From positions 49,168,001-49,232,000 of the forward strand of contig OZ076409.1 in the NCBI GenBank assembly GCA_964187785.1: a stretch of 64,000 nt of DNA. The letters run 5' to 3'. The notes under the pieces were generated by a model that saw nothing but the letters and a program-made list of their open reading frames with translations, did not search any database and was not told the DNA's origin. Of the stretch, positions 12,947-23,863 are shown piece after piece; position 1 is the stretch's first letter; every line of letters begins with the position of its first letter. A program made the position numbers and the translations under genes. This DNA is from Amphiscolops sp. MND2022 (Eukaryota).

Positions 12947-15208
12947 TCGGCAATAGAGCAAGCTGTTGAGTCTAAAGTGCGTGGCAACAAGTACTTCAAA
13001 GGTCGAGAGTATCACAAAGCCATTGAGTGTTACAAGAAGGCTTTGGAGCTGGCAAGTGCAAATGCAGCAACCACTGGAGCTGAGTCACTGCAGGGTGTCA
13101 AGTCACAAGAAATGGCTAACACCGAGAGGGCCACTTTCCATCATAACTTGGCAGCAGCCTATGAGAAATTGGTACGTCCTCATGCATATTGGTTGGGCTA
13201 AACTGCAGTTAGTTAGGCTTGACCTGCATTTGAAGTTCTAAATTATAATATAATGTGATTCACGCTAAAAATCAGCAAATGACGCTTTGAGTTTCGAAGA
13301 AATTATAATAGTTCGGACCGAAAAAACATTTATGATCATGAGTCGTTCGATAAGAAACTAAATTTCCTTTCTGAACCAAACGTTATTAGAATAGTACAAA
13401 TTTATGATAAGTCTACTTTTGTTTTCCAGGAACAACACGAAGACGTAATCAGGGAATGCTCTTCGTGCCTTGAACTCAGTCCGAGATACGTCAAGGCACT
13501 TGCAAAACGAGCCAAAGCCTTCAAAAACTTGGGTCAACTAGAAAAAGCTCTTAATGACATTACTGCCGCTTCCGTTTTAGAGGAGCTTAGAAACGTTGAT
13601 AACTTGCAACTATCAGAGTCCATTACTCGGGAACTCAGTGAGCAAAAAGCCAAAGAACGTTATGCTAACAAGATTTCCAGACAAATTCCGTCCCAACATT
13701 TTGTTGAAACTTATTTCCGAAGCTTCACTTTTGATATTTTTGACACGCAATCAGCTGAAGAGTCAGGATCTCATTTAGATGACGTTAATGGATTTGGGAA
13801 GGCCAAGCGTCTCTTCAAAAACGAAGAAAATGACGGAATTGAAGCAGCGTGCTCTCATGAAATAGAAAAGATAGGAAGCGAATCTCCGTTTTACATTCAC
13901 GCTCTTTTAGTCCGGGCAACATTCCGATTACTGTCAGGTGCCACAAAATTAGCTCTGGAAGATCTAGAAATAGTTATTTCGGATCCCAGTAAAAAGGCTA
14001 CTCCTCTACAAAAGTCAAATGCTCTAATCAAAAGAGGTTCTCTACACATGCAGAACCAAGAACACTTCAAGGCTATGAATGACTTCGAGGAGTCAGTAGT
14101 TGTGGCCAATGACAGCGTGGATGCTCATCACCACAGGGGTCAAGTTAGTTTATATTAAATAATTTACAAAATCTCCCCGCGTCTTGTGATTTTAAGTTTC
14201 TCTGCAAGTCAAAAGGGGTCTTATGGTAGTTGGAAATTTCAGAAATGTACTCAAGTGACAACAGACTTTCCCTGAACTTATTAGCACTCGCTTTTTCAAA
14301 CCACAAAATTTTACCATTTGAGCGAGTTCAATGTCTAATTGTACTGATATGTCATAAGATTGGACAAAAAAGGATTGTTTCAGTTATTTTTGTTGATTGA
14401 TGACACTCAGAGATGCATCGAGGAGTTCACCAAATGTACTAAGCTGGCGCCTCACTTTGACCAACCGGCGGTGCAGTTGTGCTATGCCAAGTACAAAATG
14501 GCGAGTGTTGAGAGAGACATCTTGAGAGTGAACGAGTCCATCGAGCAGTTCAAACAGGTGCTCAGCAAATTCCCCAAATGCGCCGATGGTCACGCCATGT
14601 TTGCCCAGGCACTGGCTGACTCTGGCCAGGCCTCCGAGTCTCTTAGCAGTTTCGACAAGGCTATTAGCCTCGATCCTAAAAATGCCGCTAATTATGTTCA
14701 TAAAGGGTAAGTCTCTAGTGTCTGTTGACGTCAATTGATGATTGTTGATTTGATTTTCACAATGTATGAAGCAAAATGAGTATAGACTTGTCAATGTTTC
14801 CCAACTTTTCCGCGGATTTGATTTGTTTCATATGTTCGTAAATCAATTCAGTGACGAATGCTTTTAGGTGACGAATGAAGGTATAATTTTTGAGAGAAGT
14901 TGTGTTTCAGAATGTTGTTACTACAATTGAAAGGCGACTATAATGCTGCCATTGATTTGATAAACAAAGCTTTGGAGGTTGACGGACGTTGTGATTTTGC
15001 TTGGGAGATGTTGGGCACGATTGAGATCAAGAGGGGTGATTATGCGGCAGCCACCAAAGCATTCGAGAAGGCCATTGATATTGCCAAATTTGAAGTGGAA
15101 ATATCACGACTTTACTTTCTCTACTATTCCGCTATCGCGTGGAAAGAAGTGAGAGACAAGTTTGGAGCCGACATGTCTTCAATTTTGGCTAAGAGTATGG
15201 GCCTTTAA
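12947..15208 (+). CDS. TOMM70: Mitochondrial import receptor TOM70 (TPR protein). Exons 12947-13171, 13430-14143, 14384-14706, 14911-15208; 5' exon(s) not located
   Basis: KVRGNKYFKGREYHKAIECY, FHHNLAAAYEKL, PRYVKALAKRAKA, PSQHFVETYFRSF, NALIKRGSL, HHHRGQ, YVHKG, CDFAWEMLGTIEI match metazoan TOM70. All three introns are GT..AG and phase-compatible (0,0,2) with no internal stops. Confidence 0.93.
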
Positions 15209-16280
15209 ACATTGAAAAACTCCACAGATGATATGGCTAAAAACGTGCTGAATTTTTTCAATGATTTGTTAAAACTTTCTGGTTTACATTGTCGTCATGA
15301 TCGCTGCTTGCAAAATTGCTTTTTATGCAAAGTTCCAACTTGTTCAAAAAGGATACTTACTTCGCCGGAAAAACTTTGTTCCAATCTGGTAACGTTTCAG
15401 CACGATTTGATGCCATGCGACTGAAAATATGAATATAAATGATTTAAATGAATGAAGACATTTTTTGTTCGTTTTCAGATCGGTTTTCTTCAATGATTGT
15501 ATTTTCTTTTCCTCATGATTGAAATATAAACACTGAAGGTTTTAATACATCTAATAGTTTCACTTTTTGCTTTATTTCGTTGAGAAAAAATCACTAGTGT
15601 TGCACTTCAGCCTTTTGCAGATGTATCTGCTCCTTTAAACAGTTAACTGAGCAAGTTTCACCGTGAGAATTGAGATAGAGGAATTCCGCTACTAAACAGA
15701 GACTTGAAGAAATAAGTGTTGCTCCCTTCATCAATTTTTCAAATCAAACCATCCCGGTTAGAAATATATTCGGTTGTAAAACTAGTTTTATTGAAAAAAT
15801 AAAATTAGGCACTGCACGGAAATGGTTGATTGATTTCTCATCAAAAAATGTAGATTAGCAATCGAAGTTTTATAGCAGTTTTGTCGCTGAATTCAAGAAT
15901 ATATTTTTTGTTCCTTGATTTTATATTGTTTCGCCATTCTATGGAACAAAAAATATTTTGAAAAATCTCGAGGAAATTTAAAATTCAATCATGTAGCAGA
16001 GCTTAAAGTCAAGGATGCTTTCAGTTTTGAATTAAACCGAATTAGAATTTTTTGTAAAGAAATGCATATCTATCATATTTTAAGAATCAAGGACTCAAGA
16101 AGTTCGAAAAAGTTTTTTAAAAATAAATTCGTCAGTGGAAAGTCATCGTCAATGAAAACTTTTTCGCCAAAAACTGTAGCTAAGAACAGCTTTGCTGAAG
16201 CGAACAACGTACAACTTCGATAGCATGCTGTCTTCATAACTGAGTGGAATAATTGACATTTTCCCCGTCCTTTTTTTCAC

Positions 16281-16353
16281 GCGTTCGTGGTCTATAGGTA
16301 AGATGCTTGCTTTTCAACCCAGAGGTTTCGTGTCCGAACTCGTGGGTATGCGC
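16281..16353 (+). pseudogene. tRNA-like (Glu, TTC?) degenerate sequence, possibly a SINE head
   Basis: A-box-like TGGTCTATAGGT, anticodon-like loop TT-TTC-AA and B-box-like GTGTCCGAACTC at tRNA spacing; stems pair poorly. Confidence 0.4.
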
Positions 16354-17342
16354 TTATTTATTTACAAGTATTCCGAAGCAGAAAGTTCTCACTTTTTTCG
16401 GCACTATGAGACTTCGGCTTTGTGAGACTTTTTTTCGAAATTTTTTAAATGTCCCCGAAGAGTCATCCTTTCCATTTTTTTGATATTTTGCAACAGACCG
16501 AATGTTAAAAATCCCAAAGGGTCACTTTTTTCAAAATTTTCGGCACTATGAGACTGTTCAAAATTCTCATTTTTTGTTTTTCGAAATTTTTTTCAAAGAC
16601 TCCTCATTTTTTTCCAAAAATTTTCAAGGTCTACAAAAGGTCCACCATTCTCTTTGTTTGATATCTTGCAACAGAACGAATGTTGAAAAATCCCAAAGGG
16701 TCCTTTTCAAATTTTTTGGCACTATGTGAAGTGATTGAAGTTTTATTTTTCTTCAACGTATGCATATTACAATATAGCAATTATCAAAAAAAATTAAAGT
16801 AACAAAAAACGTCCAAGCACTATGTGACTGCCATTAAAATTTCTCATTTTTCGAAAAATTTTTAATTAAAGACTCCAAAGAGTCCCCCTTCAATTTTTTG
16901 AAATTTTGCGACAGAATGGATGTTTAAAAAATTTAAATTGCACCTTTTACAGTTTTCGGAATTGTGAGATTTTTCAAAAGGAATGAATTTCGTCATAAAA
17001 TTAGGTTTTCTCAGGCCCAGCACGCTATATCCGATTTGGTTATGCGACTTTTTAAAAATTTTTCACCGCAGCCCCTCCTCAATTTTTACAAGAAATGAAA
17101 CGTTTTGCGAGAGTTAAGGACTCCTCAAGGTTTTTGGCACTATGCGAATTACCGGAGACCATCAAAAACATTTTCAGAAAATTTCCTCAATTTTCTGTTT
17201 TTTAAAGGTTTTTCGTTAAGAAAGATGGGTTATTTGCTGTTTTCAGTTGGGGAAGAATGATTTTCGAGACTTATGCGTATCCTTTCGGGTATTTTTTGGC
17301 GCTGTATATTGTAAAATTGATGAAATTTTAATGTCCTTTTAC

Positions 17343-17836
17343 GAATGTGGCAGATTTCGTCCCACGTCGAATTTTGACAGATTTCGTCCCAAACAGATTT
17401 CGTCCCATTTTTAACAGATTTCGTCCCATTTTAGACAGATTTCGTCCCATTTTTGACAGATTTCGTCCCGGATTACTAATAGTATGGGAAATTATTCTAT
17501 GCTATACACAAACTTAAGTGCTAATCGGTATAATCTATCCGGTGATTCTTCATTCGGTGCTGTTACAGCCAATATGTACGGAACTTGATTTTTTCGAAGA
17601 AATTAGCATTTGTTGTATGGCTCGGTCGCTTCGCTCCCTTCCCCAAGTAAGAACCTTGAGGCATGGCCATGTGGCACGTCGCTCCGCTTCGCTTCGCTCC
17701 TGCATTTAGGGCACTAGGGGTATGTGAACATAGCTGACTACGTAATAATAATTATTTGGGACAAAATCTGTTTTAATGTTAATAAATGGGACGAAATCTG
17801 TCAAAATTTCCATGTGGGACGAAATCTGTCACTCCC
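17343..17836. mobile_element. MITE with 9-bp TSD (Mutator/foldback-like) and subrepeated TIRs
   Basis: TSD TCCTTTTAC at 17334-17342 and 17837-17845. TIRs are built of CAGATTTCGTCCC units (7 on the left, 3 inverted on the right). Confidence 0.85.
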
Positions 17837-19125
17837 TCCTTTTACCCTTGGTTCTCCTTATGATATTGCTTTTGTTTGAAAAGAACTTGGTTTTGTTCAA
17901 AAGTTCGCAAGTGTTTGCGAAGCACGGCTTCGCCTCTGTCAAATCTTGGATCGTTCCCGAATTGTTTGAAAAGTTCATTCAACGCATGGAACCGAAACTT
18001 TATCTATAACAGTTCCTGTTCAAAATGTATTGGAAACATGTTTTTCTTGTAAAATAAAGCATATCTATCATAGGTTAAAAGAATCAAGGATTCAAGTTTG
18101 GAAAAGTAAAAAAATACGAATTCGACACTAGGAAAATATCGTGTGTGAAAATCTGTTCGCCAAAATGCTGAAACAACTGTAACTTCGATAGCATGCTGTC
18201 TTAATATCGGGTTGATGGAATACAAACATTTTGCGAGCAAATAGGGCCCTCCTCGAGTTTTTCGGCACTGTGCGACTTACCTAAGAAATAGTTTTCGAAA
18301 TTGTTTCAACAATTGTGGATGTTTTAAAGGTTTCTGATTTAAAAACGCTTTCAGAGTCTTAAGAGTGACTTCTTTGAGTTTTTTGGTACCGTGGAACAGG
18401 TTGTTTTCTGAACAATTGTGAAAGTGAAATACGGTTGTTCCGCTCCGAGCGACTTTTCACGAAATTGATTTCTCTAGAAGTTCGCTGGCTGCTTCATGCA
18501 GTAAACGCGTTTTTTGAATCTGAAAGGTGACCGGTTTGCGTAACTTCGGCACTGTACTACTTTTTAAACGAATGGTTTAATGAAAATCGCAATTCTTCGT
18601 TTTTGTGTTGTTTTTAGGGAAGAAAGACTTTTTTCGGCGCATTTTAGTAACAGTGTCAGTTTTTTTCGTCAGATGACAAAATGTATGCACAGTGGACACT
18701 TTTTACAGAACTACTGGACCGGCTAGCGGAAACGCATCTAAGTTAGTGCAAAGAGTCCCCCTTTCATATATTCAATTTTAAACGTAAGATACAAAACGGG
18801 ACGAGACTATAAGTTCCCCCTTTCTTTGAACTTTTTCGATACTGTGCGACCTCGTTTTCGACTTTTCTTGTCTCGAAAGGGTCTGCCCTTCAAATTTTTT
18901 GATACTTTGCAACAAATTAGAGTTTTAAAAACCCAAAGGGTCCTTTTACATTTTTTAGACTGTTTCAAAACATTTTAATGTTTCAAAGAAGGTTTTCTGA
19001 ATACAAACCCTTAAATAATTTCTATCAATATTTTCCGAAATAATATCCGGAGAAAATGCTATACCCGAGCTTTTGCGTTATAACCGAAATAATTTGCTCT
19101 TTACTGGAGAGAAGGCGTAGGATCG

Positions 19126-19619
19126 AACAAGCCGGGAACGGCCCAAGTCGGCGCCATATCCAAGGCTCAAAAATAGCAAAAGGACTTCAATATGTCAAAG
19201 TATTGGTGAGTTGAGGACCCTTTTATGAAAAAAAATTTTTGAAAAAAGTCTCACAATGCCGAAAAAAATTGAAAGGGGGGACCCTTTGGGATTTTCCAAC
19301 ATCCATTCTGTCGCAAAACAGCAAAAAAATTGAAGGAGGGACCATTTGGGGAAATTTTTTTCCGAAAAAAAAGTCTCACAATGCCGAAAAAAACTGAAAG
19401 GAAGGACCTGGTATACGCCCGGTATGGTATGTTACGCGGGAAAACAGGAAAAACCTTTTTGGTTCAATTCGCTAGGCCAAATGGTGCAATTTGGTGCAAA
19501 ATTATTTTGTAGAACTTTTGTAGAACTATTTTGGTCAGTTCATGTGGTCTTAAAAAAACACTGATGAAAAGCCATGACTATAGTCGACTCTTTTCTAAAG
19601 AAAAGCGCCGACTAAAAAA
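19126..19619 (-). mobile_element. Non-autonomous Helentron-type element
   Basis: AACAAGCCGGGAACGGCCCAAGTCGGCGCC ... AGTCGACTC..AAAAGCGCCGACTAAAAA. Confidence 0.75.
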
Positions 19620-20938
19620 GGCTCACATTTGTTTCAGCACATTATAACTTGTTTTCTGAAGCGTTCTCCGAGCACGAAAGGCACCCTTACGGGGCTTCGA
19701 AACCGACTTTTTCATCAAAGACACGTCCTGAGCATATCCTAAAATATTTGCGCTTTTTGCGCCTTAGAAATAGCAAGACGTTCCCGTCTTGTTTATACTG
19801 AAGATTCTCCTTGGAACTTAAAAATTTTTCTATCTTTACCAGTAAATGAACAAAATGGCAGTGGAACGGCCCCTCTCGTGAGTATTTCTGGTTGGAGCCT
19901 AGAAGGTTCCGCTCTTATCTTTTTCCGCGCTAAGATTTCTTTTAAAGAGTCCCTGATTATATTCAATAGACTTCCACTTCTAACAACTTTCTTCGAGTTT
20001 GTTATTGGGATTTCTCAGTATTGTATTGTGAAGAGTACAAGTTGATGTTTCACCTGTGTTAGACGAAGAATGTTTTTCAATTTTTCGAGCTTTTTTCAAC
20101 CTTTCTTTTAGTCAATCTATTGTATCAGGAAATGTTCCCCACTATTACGGTCAGTAGTTTTTTGGCCAGACAACAGATTGTATGCGTAGCATCTATTTTT
20201 TGAACAGAGTTTTGTCCCAAGGATGGTTGATTTTAATTGTCTATTTTCCTTTTTTCAAAGAACTGTTCAATGGTTATCAGCAGTAGTCAGCTGAGCAGTG
20301 GTAGTTTTTTGCAAAGTACTTCCAGGTGACTGTTCTATCATTGAAATGAGTAAGAAAGACTCAATAGCTTACTCCGTGTATTATCGAAAAGGAAGTACTT
20401 TGCGTGTACGTGCGAAGAAAAGACATTGTGCGAGTGAGTGCAAGGCGGTATTTGTAAATGAGCTGTCTGTTTTGAGAAAACGTTTAGGAAACATTTATGT
20501 TAAATTTTGAAAAAGTAATAGTTAATAATACTGAATGATATTTTGTAGGCACAGTAGTATCAATTCCCCTTGCATTTGCAAATCAGTTGCTTCAGAAAAT
20601 TCAACAATTTACTTATCTACAACCGAAGTATTGTTGCCTTTACGTACTATGATATAGGGCAAATTTTTAGGGAAATTTAACTTCGACCAGGTCCTAGGAA
20701 TTTTTATTCATCTTCCGAAGTTTAAACATCAGACACAATGAATTCGTAATAATTTAAACGAAAACGTTCATTATGATGTCCCTATTCGGGTGAATTTGAA
20801 TAGCATTTATTCACACAAGGAAAATGAACTAGTGGAGTTAACATTGAAATTATACAGCATCGTGAGTTGAAATGTGGTCGGTTCAGAGTTGAGAGGCCTA
20901 ACAAACTTATGTAATGTCAATTAGAGGGATATAGTTCA

Positions 20939-22738
20939 TGTCGCAGGCTGCCGCCTGTGACGGCACGAAAATTACAACGACCTCAATCGGAAACAGCAAC
21001 AGGTACTCTCCCAATCTAATAAACTTAAACTGATAGTGAAAATTTGAACATTTTGTGTCACTTTTCCCTTCTTGCACAAATTTGTATTTGATGATGCTAC
21101 TTATTTTATTTTACTTTAATTAAGCCTTAAAGTCTGTGAAGGCTCACACTTGGAAAGATCAAAGTTGAGTGTTTTGATGTATAACAGGGCAGTTATATAC
21201 TCCAAGTAATTGAAGCTAGAATGTAAGTAAATGTACGCAGTATCGGAAACGAGTTTTCAAGTGAACGAAACTCCTATTCCGGAGACGTCACTTGAGCTCA
21301 TTATATCAACCAATCAAATCACTTCATTTGTAATACTAGTATAGTTTTCATTTAGTAATGGCCCAATAAGGCCAGTTGACTTAATATAGTTGCTTTTGTT
21401 TAGTATTTTGGTCAAATGGCCGGTTCGGGCTATTTTGTGAAAAGTAATGTAGTTATACGAATTATATTTGTGATTAACCGGTATTACTACGATTGTGCTT
21501 CTTGTGCTAAATAATCACCCTTGTGCAGTATTAGTTGCTAAATAAGCTAGATCCGAAATTAATTGACGGCTTAGGCCATTTACGTATTTTCCTCTGTTGC
21601 TAGTTTAATATCATGGATTTGGCCAATTTCGGCCGTATTATGAAAGTGCCTTTGTTCCGATCCAATTATGATGAATTGCATTGTACTGAAATGTTTCATG
21701 AGCCTATGCATGTGATATCGTGTTTTCACTCCTTAAGAATTTCAGCAATATTCGCGTGGTGGCACGTGTCATTACCGCCTTCTGATGTTGAATGCACTAA
21801 ATTCCGATGATAGCGAGTAGTATTTGTTGACACTTCGATGCTAATAGTTTACTGACGATTTGTTTGAAGTTGCGGTTTAGATTAAATACCTCTTAGAACG
21901 TTGCTTGTTGAACTTCCCGAATTATGTAAAATGTCGGGAAAACGCCATAAAAGTCATGTATCATATGATCTTATCCTTAACTAGAGAATGTAAAAAACGT
22001 GAGTGCCATCACCTCAGGAGTATATAAACAGATATCTTGCCTGAGTGGGACACTTATCAAATTTGCCTGTTCTAGTAAAGATACTTTTCCAAACGGTAAC
22101 ATTGTTAATTTTTCGGCTTAGATAATACATTATTTAACTCGGATTCTTTTCAATGCCTTGCACTAGAAAACAAAAGAAAGCTAGAAAGTCAAGAGGACTT
22201 GAAATATTCTCAGATGTCAAAAATTTCGACGTTATGTTAGGTGAGAATCACTTCAACGAGATGAGTAGAGAGGAAAGCTTAGATAGCAATTCAGCTAGAA
22301 GGCCTGAAAGTACCACTAGTAACAATCTTGGAAATGAAGAAAAGAAATCATATCTAAATCATAGAAATGTTAGTTCAGGGATCAATGCAGAGTACGGCCA
22401 AAACTCAGTTGATGCTAGCTCTCACGCTGAGATCAATAGACTGTCGAGCGAATTTAATTCCAGAATATCCAGGGAAATGGACGAGGTGATAAAAAGTGTC
22501 AGTGTTCAAATACAAAGAGCCATAAATGATGAACTTAGTAATCAGGTTTTGGCCCAGATTCGAAATGCCATTATGGCCGATTCAGGACACATGACCAGAA
22601 AAAGATGGGATGTTCCGACTGAGAGACCGGAAACAAATTCTGCAGTTCTGCGAAATGTAGGTACTAGAGATAGTTCAAAAAATGAGCACGTCCAAAATCG
22701 TCAAAACGACGATCAGACTTACCACGCTGCTTACGACA
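20939..22738 (+). repeat. 5' LTR (1800 bp)
   Basis: TG...CA with imperfect terminal inverted repeat; TATA-like GGAGTATATAAA at ~22017; aligns along its length with 42150-43947. Confidence 0.93.
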
Positions 22739-23863
22739 TGGTGACAGAAGAAAACGAATCTCCAATTGATGTTCCTGAATTTCTCACAGGACGAATACCA
22801 TCAAGAAGTCATCTCCATGGATCCCATGATGACCTCAATCAAATACTTGACACGACGATCCCAGCGCAAGAGAGGACCGTACCGGCCCCAGAACAAGATC
22901 CGATCAACAGGCTAGCTGAGGTCTTGACGAGTATGCAGAATCGCCCAACAGCCCAACAACGCACCATTCGCCCGGTCAACTTCAACACTATGACCTTTGA
23001 CGGCAAAAGTGAGAAGTTCGAGCTGTTTGAAGATCTTTTCCACCCAATGGTCAAGATGCAGCCTGAAATGTCCGAACAGATGACAATTAACCATTTTCAT
23101 TCGTTGCTGTGAAAGAATGCTCTACAAACATTCAGGAATATCAGCACGGTTAGTAGACAAACTCTTGAGGTTGTATTAGTGATCTTCAGACGCAAATACG
23201 TCAAATCTGAGTCGCAAACGACTGCCAAACACAAATGGCACCGCTTGGTCTTTGACCCCAATAGAATGAAATTACCAGACTTCCTTGAAGAATTGAACCG
23301 AGGCGCAGAAAAGGCGTTTGGAGACAACGCCCAAAAGATGATTGACAGTCTCCCAAACGCAAAACTGTCGTCGAAATTGAAACGATCAGTCAACATGGCC
23401 AGATTAGAAAATGGATCATATGACAAGATAGTTGCTCATTTAGAGAGAGAACTAGACCTTAACGGCCTTGAGGAGTCAGATGACCTACCCATGGCAACGA
23501 TGACCTCCTCATCGTCTATGCCCAAAACCCCTCTCTCCACTGGTCAAACATCACTTGCAATTATTGCAAGGACAAGGGCTATATGGTCAAGGACTGTGAC
23601 AAATTGAAAAAGAAGAAAGAAAAAGATGCCCAGCAAGGCAAAACTACTCAGAAGAAAACATATCCCAAACACGGGACTTGTGGCAAGACCAACAACCCAG
23701 AGGAACGACGTTGGCAAGGTGCCCGTGCACATCTTAAACCCAAGCGCACCAGGCCCGAGGATTCGACTGACAACGATCCCGACTCGAAAGCCTCAAAACC
23801 CCATCATAACCAACATCGTCCAACTCCCAGTCTTCATCCAAGGAAGATGATATTAAAAACTAG
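22153..23863 (+). pseudogene. gag: gag, starting inside the LTR; disrupted by stops/frameshifts
   Basis: ORFs 22153-23112, 23179-23607 and 23583-. FDGKSEKFELFEDLF capsid-like motif; degenerate zinc knuckles CNYCKDKGHMVKDC and TCGKTNNPEE; ends DDIKN* at 23863. Confidence 0.85.

Larger units (their letters stand above)
16000..19793 (+). mobile_element. Mosaic of plus-strand Helentron-type elements with nested insertions (boundaries approximate)
   Basis: Reverse complements of the HINE internal subrepeats (TTTTCGGCACTATG(A/C)GACT; GATATTTTGCAACAG). 3'-end-like hairpins at ~17947-17967 and 19773-19793 (AGACG-TTCC-CGTCT-TGTTT). 16045-16260 resembles 18060-18230. Confidence 0.5.

Noticed and set aside
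17350..17470. Short repeats with variable gaps resembling a CRISPR array
   Set aside because: These are TIR subrepeats of a TSD-flanked MITE in eukaryotic DNA, with no cas genes.
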